DNA of 64,000 bases from Macrostomum lignano. Its lineage: Eukaryota. Each line of letters starts with the position of its first letter. The first letter of the stretch is position 1. A program made the translations under genes and the position numbers. Positions 1 through 11,039 of the stretch are shown piece after piece. The DNA lies in contig NIVC01000038.1 in the NCBI GenBank assembly GCA_002269645.1, positions 372,001 to 436,000 on the forward strand. Reading direction: 5' to 3'. The notes beneath the pieces are model-generated. The model was not told the DNA's origin. It worked only from the letters and a program-made list of their open reading frames with translations, and searched no databases.

Positions 1-3000
1 AACTAACACTAGCACTAATTTTACTAATACGAGCGTAATATTTTGACGTTTCGCTTGCCTAGATACCTGCACTCTTTCTCCGTGAGGGGGGAGTATTTGT
101 AGCAGTCATTTTTACTAATTTGTACTATACTTTATCAATAACGCATTTCTGCCCATAGAAATACAACCAATGCTGTACCGATGCAACCTAATCTTAAAGC
201 CCCCTGCGCATCAAGTGACAAAATACACTCGCGCGTTTCCACTGTTAATAAATTCTACTTGTAGCAGCAGCTACAAGTATTTGTCGTGGAATTACAAAAC
301 GGGCAAACGTCACTCTGAAACGTTGAATAGTGTTAAAAGCGTTCGCAACCTTCAATGGAAAGATTTCCACCCATTTCGATGTAGCATCAACAATCACCAG
401 TCAGTTGTATCCATAGCACGGTCCAAAGAAATCTGCTTGCAGTCGTGTCCATGGCTTCTCAGGCCAACTGAGAGGGTTTACAGTCGATTCCAGCGGCTTG
501 CTTTGCTGCAGTTCACATCCTTTGCATCACTTCACAGATCTTTCTATTTGCTTGTCAATTCCAGGAAACCAGACATGCAGGCGAGCAAATGATTTCATTG
601 AAACAATTCCGGGATGACCCTCGTGCAGCAGGTCTAGAACATGATTTTAAAGCCTGGCTGGAACAATGACTCGAATACCCCAGAAAATGACTCCTTGTTC
701 CAGACAGAGCTCGTTTCTCTTCTGGCGGTAGGTCTTCAGCTCATCGTTGCATCTATCTGGCCAGCCATCTTAACAAAACCTAATAACTTTGCTTAGTATT
801 GGATCTCGTGACGTCGCCCGACGAATCCCATCAGCTCTTATAGGCAATTCCGGAAGTCGATGTTCCATGACTTCGTCGATACGAGATGGTGAGCTTGGAA
901 GTGGCAACCGAGACAACGCATCGGATTGCCGTGTTCTTCCGTCTTCCTGAATCGGATTTCGTACTGGTGAGCTGAAAGCAAGACTGCCCAACGCTGCAAT
1001 CTACTAGCGAAAATGCTAGGAATGTCTTTCTTTTCTCCGAAGATGGTGATCAGAAGCTTGTGGTCCGTTACCAATGTAAACTTATTGCCAAATAAATACT
1101 GATGAAGCTTCTTGATCCCAAAAATGAAAGAAAGGGCCTCTTTTTCCAACTGAGAATAATTCCGTTCAGCCGATGAAAGAATTCTGGACGCAAAACAGAT
1201 TAACATTTCAATCACGTTGGACATGGTGTGGGGCAAGACGCATCCCAGTCCGTACTTCGATGCATCGGTGTGCAGAAACATCGGTTTCTTCGAGTCAAAG
1301 TGCACAAGCAGTCTTTCTTATGTTAGTAGTGATTTCACAGAATCTAAAGCTGATTGGCATTGGCTGTTCCAGCTGAATGTCACATCATTTCTTAGCAGTC
1401 GATTCAGTGGGGCCAAACAGACGACAAGTTCGGTATGAACTTCCCGTAGTAGTTGATGAGTCCCACTAGGGATCTGACTTCGGACACACTACCAGGATTT
1501 GGTGCATTTTGCACAGCACTGACCTTGTCTGGTGATGGGTGCAAACCATTGCAGTCGATTACATGGCCCATAAATTCCACCTTTTCTAATCGAAACTTGC
1601 ACTTTTCTTTGTTGAGCCTCACACTTCTGGACTGCAGTACATTCAGTACTTGGTGCAGCTTCTGGTCATGCTCCTCAAGTGATTTTACTGATATTAAAAT
1701 ATCGTCGATGTACGCCACTACTTCTAGTCCATTAAGGATCTTCTCAATTGCTTCCTGGAACTGGGCAGGAGCAGAGGCCAACCCCATAGTCAGTCGGTTG
1801 AATTGGTACAATTCCATACGTGTATTTATCGTCGTATACTTCCTGCTGCTCTCTTCCAACTCCAGTTGCAAAAAGGCCTGGGAAATGTCAAGTTAAGAGA
1901 AGTACTTCCCGCCATTAAGAGTAGCGAACATTTCTTCTTGCCGCGGTAGCGGATACTGATCCACTTCTAACTGTGGGTTTATTGTCCTTTTAAAATCTGC
2001 ACATATTCTGATAGACTTGCGATCTTTCTTCAATACAGGCACAATTGGTGACGCACAGTCTGGTGAACTCACCTTGGTTATTATTCCTTCTTTCACAAGA
2101 TTGTTCAGCACATCCTCAAGTAGTTTCTTCATTGCGAAGGGTACAGGTCTGCATTTATGAAACTTCGGGCAATAGTCTTCTCGAACGGTGATCTTAGCTT
2201 TCGTGTCCTTGATGAGTCCGAGTCCAGGTGAGAAAACTTCCGAGTAAGTCTTGTAGATGAACTCAGGTGAAAAGTTGCTTTCGACTTCTGCCACACGGAC
2301 TACTTTCTTCCAATCCAAGTTCAGGGTGTTTAACCAGTCTCTTCCTAGCAAGTTCGATCCGGTTCCCTTTACTACCGAGACTTTCAGAGTATGACACAAT
2401 TCACCTTGAACAACTCGTACTAGAGCTTCACCGAGAGCAGGAATAGCATGATTAGAATAACAAAACAACTGAGTTGATGTCTTACTCAGCTGAAGTCCGA
2501 TGTCTTTGCAGCATTTCTCGTTGATCAGAGTCCTGTCAGCACCGGTGTTAATATTGAAATTGACATCACATCCCTGCACATTGATGGTACACTTGTACGG
2601 CGAGCTGACAGTTGAAATTTCGCAGTCACACCAACGTACCGTTTGTATCTCCGCAGCCCATTCATCACTATCGGTTGCTGGCTCGTCCATTGCTGTCACG
2701 GCTTTTGTCTTTTTGCGTTGCAGCCCGTGAGAATTTCTTTGCGGTCTATTCACTCGATGCTCCTGTGGTGCCTTTGTACGGCAAGCTCGTTCATGATGTC
2801 CCGACTTAGAGCACTTTGAGCACACCTAATCTCGATACGGACAACTCTTTGCCCAGTGATCGGTTCCATGGCATCGATAGCAGCTTTCTTTTGCTCCTGA
2901 AAGGTCGTACTTTACAGCTGGTTTCTGCTTATGTCGATTTCCCTTCATTGAGCTGATGGCTTGGACTGCCGAACCGGCAATAGCAGCCACGCCTCGGTCT

Positions 3001-3757
3001 GCCGTTTTCATGGCTGTTGCCAGTGACAGAGCGGTAGTCAAATCCATCTTATCCTCTTGAAGTAGGCGTTGTTGAATCAGCTTGTTCCGAGTTCCGCAGA
3101 CGAGTCGGTCTCTTAGAGCATCGTTTAGGAAATTGTCGAAACTGCAAGTTGATGCTAGCTTTCTGAGACTTGCCAAGTAGTCGCCAACGTTTTCACCATC
3201 GCTCTTGATGCAGTGGTAGAAGTTGTACCTCTCCACAATCAGTCTCCGCTTTGGGGCGAAGTGATCCCGCAACGACTCTATAAGCTTATCGCATGTCAAC
3301 TCGTTTGGCTTTTTAGGTGAAACCAGATCTCGCAGCAGTGCATAACAGTCATCGCCGATTGCTGTTATTAAAGTCGCTTGCTTGATATTATCATCCGTTC
3401 TTTTATTCAAGACGAACGGCTGTTCGAGTCTTTCTTCATAAGCAGCCCACTTGTGTAGATGCTCGACATTAAACTCGCTGATTTTCATCGTCGTCGCTGA
3501 GGCAGCGCTGGATTCTGCCGCTGTACTTTTGACTAAGTGACTAGCTGATAACTATTGAAATATTGACTTTACATCCAGTGTACCTACCACCCCGGCTTCG
3601 TGCCCCGTGCGCCCCGCCACCCCAATGCGTTAATAATTATATATTGAGCATCGTTTGTGTTAGAATCGTTTATGAATAATATATCGAAACTGAGACATCG
3701 TTTATTTTACCAAATCATCGTGCTACTCAGCTGAACTTTTAGTTAAACGACGCGACA

Positions 3758-3764
3758 GTCGCCA
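3758..3764 (-). promoter_or_regulatory. Primer-binding site of gypsy #1
   Basis: TGGCGAC directly after the LTR-ending CAACA, upstream of gag. Confidence 0.65.
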
Positions 3765-3765
3765 T

Positions 3766-3949
3766 TGTTGACGTATAAACTTTTATGAAGAGATTATCAC
3801 AGACGGTTTTAATCCCGCGTATTCGAGCGGCCAAGGTTTTTCCTTTTATTTCCTTTTTCTTTTGCTGTGGCCTTTAGCATCTAGCTTGACAGGCCCAGCC
3901 CATAAACAAAATAGCGTAAATGTCAGAATAAAAAATATATATATCAACA
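3766..3949 (-). repeat. 5' LTR of gypsy #1 (~184 bp)
   Basis: Minus strand begins TGTTGA and ends TCAACA (6-bp terminal inverted repeat), contains AATAAA, and is followed 1 nt later by TGGCGAC (PBS-like). Confidence 0.7.
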
Positions 3950-4289
3950 TAGAATACGCATCACGATCCCCAGCTGCCCCTTTTGCGATTGCGTACAGGC
4001 GCATGCAGGTGTCTTGTATCGCTTCACTGGTCGTCTGTGCCCCTGCTTTAAGTTGCCGAGTATACAAGAGCGAGTTTTCTCCACGTGAGCTGCTGCCTCG
4101 TTGTCCGTTTTCGGGGTTTGACTGGCTTTGGGATTTAAAGCGTCGTACGCCCGTCTCACTTCAACTGCTACAGATTTGTATACGCTTGTCAGACATTCGG
4201 GCACTACTCGAACAGTTTGGTCCCCGCTGACTCTGCGTCGTACGCGAGTAGGTTGGGGTGACTGCAGCAATAGGCAGTATTTGTCGAGG

Positions 4290-6430
4290 AGCCCGGGGGG
4301 TGTTTTACGAACTGCGTCTTAAGAGTGACTCCTAAGTTCCAACTTAGGCTCCAACTCAAGACTGAGCCGTAAATGCGTTTTACAAACACTTAGGAGTCAC
4401 TTCTAACCTCGATCTTAGCTAAGGTCGAGCTTTGGTTGTGGACGAGAAGGTTTAAGATAGGGTTGACCATAGACTAATTTCGCGTGGCGTCAAACTTTAG
4501 CCGTTTTATATATGCCTTATTTTAGCCAGCAGAGACACGGTCACAGCTTATAGTATTTCTTGTTCATTGAGTTTATTTTGCATTGTTTAGCAATTTGACG
4601 ATCATTATTCACATTTTTAATGCAGAAAAATCCATTACTACAAACAATGCATTGTCTGTAGGATCGTCAAACAGAAAAGCAATGCAAAGAATCAGCGGTC
4701 GCAGCACGTGACAACGATTTGTCTATGGCTCGCGCCTACCGGCGCTCGCCAGACAATCGTTGTCACGCACTGGGACCGCTGATTATTTATCCATTGTATG
4801 GCAATGGGGGTATAGCAATCAAGCCAGATTGTTGCACGCTTTGAATGTCTATGGCCGAAGCCAACGTCTGAGCTGACTATTTAATGCTATATTTAGCAGT
4901 TGTACGAAGTAACATTATAAAAACTTAAAATAAAAAAACAAGTTTGTAACATTATAAAAAGCATAAAAAAGCATATAGAAATTATAGAAATTATAGAAAA
5001 AGCATAGAAGATTCTCAAGCCAGTGACTAACTGTTCGATATCGGCTGTATTCAGATCGCAGGCGCAGATTGCTTGAAAACACCTCGTTGAACTTACGAAG
5101 TGGCCACTTTTCTTGCAACAGAGCTGACTTTGGCGTAGAGTCGAGTTGAATTACATCCATCTCCCTGAGCAAGTCTCGTTCCGGATCTTGACCAGCTAAC
5201 AGCGCCTCGATTTCATTCACATCCAACTGAGCCAGATCGTCCAGCATGCCTTGCATAGTCGCCTCCCGCTGGATTCGCTCGCCAATATCAGAAGACGACA
5301 AACCAACGACATCTCCTTGCGACATATGCAGCAATCCAATAGGCTCGCCCGTTAATGCTTCGTAAATCATGATGACAGCTTTTTGGCCGCAAACTCGCTG
5401 AACTCGCTTGGCTTGGCTTGGTCCATCTCTTTATTGCTCTAAACTGACCAGATCTACGCTCGTTTACCATATTTACGCTCGTAGCTTCAGCTTCTGGCTT
5501 TAAAGACTTTCAAAACCCATTTTTGACCATAGATATTTCAAGCGTGCACCAATGCATCATTGGTGCACTCTCTGACAAGAAGTATTATTTTTAATGTCGT
5601 TGCTCCAATCATTGCTGCACGCTACAATGTCTATGATCCAAAGGCACCAAAATCATCCAATAATACTAATAAATAGCTATATCGTGCACAAATGATTTGA
5701 ACGAGGGCGCTGCCCTCGCTGCGCCCTCGCTGCGCGCCCTCGTTCAAATGCATTCGTGCACTCATAGCCATTTATTACTACATCATTTATTACTACATCA
5801 TTGCAAATCACATTCGAATGGCTGATAAACGATGACCTAATTTTAGTCAGAAAGAGATTGAGATCCTGCTGGAGATGGCAAGAGAGAAGCCGATGCTGAG
5901 AGGCATTGCAGTTTACAATATCATTTCATGATATATTGAAAGAATAATATATCATTATCACTAACCTGTCCCGAAAAAACCCGAGGAATCCTTTGCCTCT
6001 CGGTCGCACGACGAGCAATTAAAACGGCAAACATTTTATTCCAAAAGATCGGTGTTCAGATGCTGTTCAGATGCTTGCTGTTCAGATAGCGACTTAAAAC
6101 TTAGGACAAATCTAGATGTGCCCTAAAGTTAAGATCGACCATGACAGTTTTGGTCATGGACAGTGGGCCCGTTCTATAAAGCCATCGTAAGATAAGATCG
6201 TTCTTAGCTCCCATCTCCGCCGTGTAAAAGTTCCGACGTACGATCGAACTTCCGCTACGACAGCTTTATAGTATGACCCCAGTCTCTCTTGATAAAACGC
6301 ACCAGTCGTAAGTTCGATCTTATCTTCCCTTAGGTCAGACCTTAGTTGGATCCCTGCTAAGATCGACTTTTATCTTCATAGAACACGTCGATCCTAAACT
6401 CAATCCTAAGTTTGATCTTGTGATGATTTG
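4290..6430. mobile_element. Possible decayed PIF/Harbinger-related non-autonomous DNA transposon region (Myb/SANT-like remnant, palindromic subrepeats)
   Basis: + strand 5818-5930 reads MADKR*PNFSQKEIEILLEMAREKP (resembles a Myb/SANT-like N-terminus); related palindromic cttag/ctaag/gatc motifs at 4300-4480 and 6070-6420; 14-bp inverted repeat 4324-4337/4388-4401; unassigned minus ORF 4915-5370. Boundaries uncertain. Confidence 0.3.
6165..6279 (+). mobile_element. 115-bp MITE, copy 1 (GGG...CCC termini, 4-bp TSD CAGT)
   Basis: Imperfect TIRs gggcccgttctataaagc / gctttatagtatgaccc; CAGT at 6161-6164 and 6280-6283; second copy at 12477-12591. Confidence 0.85.
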
Positions 6431-6704
6431 TGATGACTCTCTTGAAGTAATTAGGCGTGAAGCTAGGAAAAATTTATTTCGATAAAGCCAAAAACATTGT
6501 CCCACTCCTGTCTACTAACTTGCGTACTTTTAATCGCTGTAATACTTTAGCACTTAGATAGAATTACGAAAAAATATGATGCAGAAACGTATGTTTTCGT
6601 AAACCAAAGCAATAGCATAGCCGATCTATGTCAGAATTATTCTAGGATTCCGCCCGTAACTCGACAGTTGTGAATAAAAACAAAAACTAAACCGCACTAC
6701 GAAC

Positions 6705-9362
6705 TCACCCCGCTCCAGTACGATCCAGCAGCCGCACCACCTGCCGCTGCTCAAATCGCTGTGCCACCTGCTCACACGTCAGACCCCGACCGTCTCGATG
6801 ACTCGCATCCGCTCCTCTGTCCATCAGAGCCTTGGCTGCTCGCACCTGACCGGCTTCGCACGCTCGTGACAGAGCAGTCCGACCCTCACTGTCTTCAGCA
6901 CGCACTGACGCACCGAGATCGATGAGTTTCTCAATGAGCTCGTGATGACCTGCATCAGCTGCCAGCATGAGAGCAGTGGCTCCATTGCTGTCTGGCAGAT
7001 CGACATGCTGTGTGCTGACTCGCTTTTTATTGATCAGTGTGACAGCAAGAGCGACGTGTCTTTGGATGATGGAGAGACGGAGCAGCTGTGTTATATGATC
7101 CGGCTGCATTCGAGAGAGGGTGTCGGTGAGAACAGAGTTCCTGCCTTCGATGGCCATTGCTGCAGTAAAGCTGAGGATGGTGCTGTATTGGAAGAGCCAG
7201 TCGGGCTCGAGGCCGAGATAGGAAACGACATCTTCGTGAAGACGAGAGCAAGCTGTGATTGCGCATTGGAAACGGAGATTCGCTTTCTGATCCGGACTTG
7301 AGAGGCACGAGATGAGAAACAACTTGACGACTTCTAGGTGACCATTTCTTGCAGCAGATTCGGCAGCGTGGATGAAGCAATCATCTTTTTTAGTTTGGTC
7401 CGCGACTGTCTGCAGAAGAAACTTGACGACTTCTAGGTGACCATGGATAGCAGCATATTCAGCAGCTGTAATGCAGCAATCATCTTTTATCGTGTGATCA
7501 ACGATTGTCTGCAGAAGAAACTTGACGACTTCTAGGTGAGCATTTCTTGCAGCAGATTGGGCAGCTTTGATGCAGGAATGATCTTTTTTAGTACTGTCAG
7601 CGACTGTCTGGACAAGAAACTTGACGATTTCTAAATGACCATTGGTTGCAGCAGATTGGGCAGCTTGGATACAGCAATCATCTTTTTTAGTTTGGTCAGC
7701 GACTGTCTGGACAAGAAACTTGACAACTTTTAGATGACCATTGGTTGCAGCAGATTCAGTAGCTTTGATGCAGCAATAATTTTTTGTAATTTGGTCAGGG
7801 ACTGTCTGGACAAGTAACTTGACGACTTCTAGGTGACCATTTCTTGCAGCAGATTCGGCAGCTTGGATACAGCAATCATCTTTTTTAGTTTGGTCAACGA
7901 CTGTCTGGACAAGAAACTGAACGACTTCTAGATGACCATTGGTTGCAGCAGATTGGGCAGCTTGGATACAGCAATCATCTTTTTTAGTTTGGTCAGCGAC
8001 TGTGTGGACAAGAAACTTGACGACTTCTAGATGACCATTGGTTGCAGCAGATTCAGCAGCTTTGATGCAGCAATAATTTTTTTTAGTTTGGTCAGCGACT
8101 GTGTGGACAAGAAACTTTACGACTTCTAGATGACCATTTCTTGCAGCAGATTGGGCAGCTTGGATGCAGCAATCAGCGTTTTTAGTTTGGTCAGCGACTT
8201 TGTGGACAAGAAACTTGACGACTTCTAGATGACCATTGGTTGCAGCAGATTCAGCAGCTTTGATGCAGGAATAATCTTTTTTAGTTTGGTCAGCGACTGT
8301 CTTGACAGAAAACTTGACGACTTCTAGGTGACCATTTCTTGCAGCAGATTGGGCAGCTTGGATGCAGCAATCAGCTTTTTTAGTTTGGTCAGTGACTGTC
8401 TGGACAAGAAACTTGACGACTTCTAGATGACCATTGGTTGCAGCAGATTCAGCAGCTTTGATGCAGGAATCATCTTTTTTAGTTTGGTCAGTGACTGTCT
8501 TGACAGAAAACTTGACGACTTCTAGGTGACCATTTCTTGCAGCAGATTGGGCAGCTTGGATGCAGCAATCAGCTTTTTTAGTTTGGTCAGTGACTGTCTG
8601 GACAAGAAACTTTACGACTTCTAGATGACCATTTCTTGCAGCAGATTGGGCAGCTTGGATGCAGCAATCAGCTTTTTTAGTTTGGTCAGCGACTTTCTGG
8701 ACAAGAAACTTGACGACTTCTAGATGACCATTTCTTGCAGCAGATTGGGCAGCTTGGATACAGCAATTATCTTTCATAGTTTGGTCAGCAACTGTCTGCA
8801 GAAGAAAGTTGAAGACTTCTAGGTGACCATTTCTTGCAGCAGATTGGGCAGCTTGGATACAGCAATCATCTTTTATAGTTTGGTCAGCAACTGTCTTCAG
8901 AAGAAAATCGAGGACTTCTAGGTGACCATTTCTTCCAGCGAATTCAGCTGCTTGGATGCAGAAATGGTCTTTTTTCGTGTGGTCAGCGACTGTCTGCAGA
9001 AGAAACGTGACGACTTCTAGGTGACCATTTCTCGCAGCAGATTGGGCAGCTTGGATGCAGGAATTATCCTTTATAGTTTGGTCACCAACTGTCTCCAGAA
9101 GAAACTTGACGACTTCTAGGTGACCATTTCTTGCAGCAGATTGGGTAGCTTCTATACAGCAATCATCTTTTATAGTTTGGTCAGCGACAGTCTGAAGAAG
9201 AAACTGAACGACTTCTAGGTGACCATTTCTAGCAGCCAGTGGAGCATTTTGTGTGCAGAAGCGGGTCTTGTCTGCTTGTCGTGGTCGTAGCAGCAGATGA
9301 GCGCTGAGTGCTGTGATGTTGCCGGTGGTGACGGCTTGATGGGAGCTGAGATATTGGCCCAT
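6705..9362 (-). CDS. Ankyrin-repeat protein, 885 aa: 20 near-identical 33-aa repeats plus ~3 canonical C-terminal ankyrin repeats
   Basis: Uninterrupted ORF; 99-bp DNA periodicity; unit NGHLEVVKFLVQTVADQTKKDDCCIQAAQSAAR; C-terminal GATALMLAADAGH and GRTALSRACEAGQ. Acceptor ttttcacAG at 9390 and donor-like GTGAGT overlapping the stop (6703-6708), so it could be an internal exon; AATAAA on minus at 6473-6478. Confidence 0.85.
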   Translation of the reverse strand: MGQYLSSHQAVTTGNITALSAHLLLRPRQADKTRFCTQNAPLAARNGHLEVVQFLLQTVADQTIKDDCCIEATQSAARNGHLEVVKFLLETVGDQTIKDNSCIQAAQSAARNGHLEVVTFLLQTVADHTKKDHFCIQAAEFAGRNGHLEVLDFLLKTVADQTIKDDCCIQAAQSAARNGHLEVFNFLLQTVADQTMKDNCCIQAAQSAARNGHLEVVKFLVQKVADQTKKADCCIQAAQSAARNGHLEVVKFLVQTVTDQTKKADCCIQAAQSAARNGHLEVVKFSVKTVTDQTKKDDSCIKAAESAATNGHLEVVKFLVQTVTDQTKKADCCIQAAQSAARNGHLEVVKFSVKTVADQTKKDYSCIKAAESAATNGHLEVVKFLVHKVADQTKNADCCIQAAQSAARNGHLEVVKFLVHTVADQTKKNYCCIKAAESAATNGHLEVVKFLVHTVADQTKKDDCCIQAAQSAATNGHLEVVQFLVQTVVDQTKKDDCCIQAAESAARNGHLEVVKLLVQTVPDQITKNYCCIKATESAATNGHLKVVKFLVQTVADQTKKDDCCIQAAQSAATNGHLEIVKFLVQTVADSTKKDHSCIKAAQSAARNAHLEVVKFLLQTIVDHTIKDDCCITAAEYAAIHGHLEVVKFLLQTVADQTKKDDCFIHAAESAARNGHLEVVKLFLISCLSSPDQKANLRFQCAITACSRLHEDVVSYLGLEPDWLFQYSTILSFTAAMAIEGRNSVLTDTLSRMQPDHITQLLRLSIIQRHVALAVTLINKKRVSTQHVDLPDSNGATALMLAADAGHHELIEKLIDLGASVRAEDSEGRTALSRACEAGQVRAAKALMDRGADASHRDGRGLTCEQVAQRFEQRQVVRLLDRTGAG

Positions 9363-9424
9363 TGTTAGTTGAAGTGGCGTTGTGAAAATCTGTGAAAATA
9401 GATGCTAGAAAATATAGGAGTTTA

Positions 9425-9620
9425 GAGGATAATAGGGAGGGTCGAATAAAGAGGATAGAGTGAAAGAGGGAGCAAGAGAGAGAGGGGAAGGAGAGAGGTT
9501 GGAGGGAGAGAGAGGGAGAGGGAGAGAGGGGAGGGAGGGAGAGAGATGGGAAGGAGATCGGGGGGAAAAATAGGTGAGGGAGAAGAAAGGGAGAAAGAGG
9601 GGAGGGAGAGGGGAGGGAGA
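9425..9620. repeat. GA-rich low-complexity tract
   Basis: Runs of gagag/ggga. Confidence 0.8.
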
Positions 9621-11037
9621 GTATGGGCCTTTAAGGCTAGTCTTGATCTGTACCTGCAGGAACTCACGGACTTACGTCCGATTGAGACCTGTGAGGATGT
9701 TGACCATACGGCTGAGACGCTGACAGGCTGCATTATTGCAGCCTATGAAGCAGCCTGCCTGTCTGTGCCTACAAAGGCAAGACCTCGGTGCCGTGTTGGA
9801 ACCCGGAGCTGGGGAAACTCAGGCCGAAGGCCAAAAGCCTTCACAGCCGTGCCATGAAGACCGGAAACCTGGAGGACATGGAGCTTTTCCGGCAAGCCTC
9901 CCGCAACTTCAAATTTGAAGTGCGCAAGACCAAGGAATGTAAATGGCGCCAATTCTTTAATAGGTTGAATCAAGACAGACCTACTTCTGGGCTCGTCAAG
10001 GCCCTTACTAAGTACAAAATGTCAAAATTAGCCATAATAAAAAGGATGGTGGCTGTAACAGATATGACTTCTGGCCCAGGCTGCTGCGGTCTACAGCCCA
10101 GCCGAGGCAATGGCCATGCCTTTGGGCTCGCAGATGCAGGCGAGATAAAAGTGAAGCGAGTGCCTCCACTGTCTCTCCTTTTGTTTTAAACAAGAGCATA
10201 CGCGTGGGAACGAAAACTCTGATATGCTACATAGAACAAATGAAATTTATGCAGCTTGTTTTAGGCAGCAACCCTTCGCAAATATGACTGCATTCTATGC
10301 AGCTCATAATGGCTCTTTAAATCATTAACTAAAGACCCCAAAGAAGTGCTTCAGGATATGCTCAGTACATTCGTCGTGAGGGTACCCACTGCCAGACTGG
10401 AACCAAACCATTGGATGGATGGAGCCACTCTAGCGGCGGGCATTATCACTGAAGACCCTCAAATCTCCTGGACCTGATGGTATCTAGACTCTGTTTTTCT
10501 TCGTGAAGCAGCCAAGATACCCTCGTCATTGAGAATTACCCGCAATCTCATGCGGGCCTCAATCCAGCTCCGGAAGCTCCTCTTGCGCCTCTCGCGAAGA
10601 GACATCCGAGCTGCCACTATGACCCTCTCAGGTCACGGCTGCTTCTCTAGGCACCAGTACCTGCAGGCCAACGCCACCAACGCCAGCTGCATTTTCTGTA
10701 ACTCAGGTGACGAAACCGCTGAGCGTTTCGTCAGCATCTGCCCCGCCTTTACGCGAGCTAGACTCACTTACCTCGGGCCACACACATCTGTTATTGAAGC
10801 ATGCAAACCCGTAAATTTTAATCAGCTCATGCGCTACCTCCGGGCCACCCACAGGGCTGAACTCTCCTCTCCAGAGAGCACCATAGCTGCTGGCAAAACT
10901 GGGGGACCGCCCTGGGCGGCGGCAACCCTTCGTCCATAGCGACGCGTCGGCCGTTCAGGGATTAACGGGATGTACGTCCGCGCCTTCCAGCTGTGTCCAC
11001 TCCGGGACAGTCCTGCAGCTAAGTCTAAGTCTAAGTC
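9620..11037 (+). mobile_element. 5'-truncated, internally deleted LOA/R1-group LINE remnant (sister family of the 13-18 kb element)
   Basis: Fragments PCWNPELGKLR..., KWRQFFNRL...KALT, C-terminal GHG...CIFCNSGDETAERFVSICP knuckle; 3' tail ctgcagc(taagtc)3. Confidence 0.85.
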
Positions 11038-11039
11038 AG

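Larger units (their letters stand above)
256..3949 (-). mobile_element. Degenerate Ty3/gypsy LTR retrotransposon #1 (5' LTR, PBS, gag, protease, RT, RNase H, truncated integrase); no 3' LTR in window
   Basis: Minus-strand ORF pieces in gypsy order: gag 3488-2826 with CCHC knuckle (CYRCHGTDHWAKSC); protease INTGAD (catalytic D decayed to N); RT YIDDIL (1871-1404); RNase H TDASKYGLG...TDHK...RLQRWA (1305-838); integrase HHCC (HEGHPG...CKGC) and core start (WTRLQADFFGP...VDATSKWVE), read by hand at ~770-260. Multiple stops and frameshifts. Confidence 0.93.

Noticed and set aside
170-592. 140-aa + strand ORF
   Set aside because: Antisense shadow of the gypsy integrase.
2820-2834. Programmed gag-pol readthrough at the TAG in gypsy #1
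   Set aside because: The stop lies between two CCHC knuckles within gag, and the element has many other lesions, so it is most likely a simple nonsense mutation.
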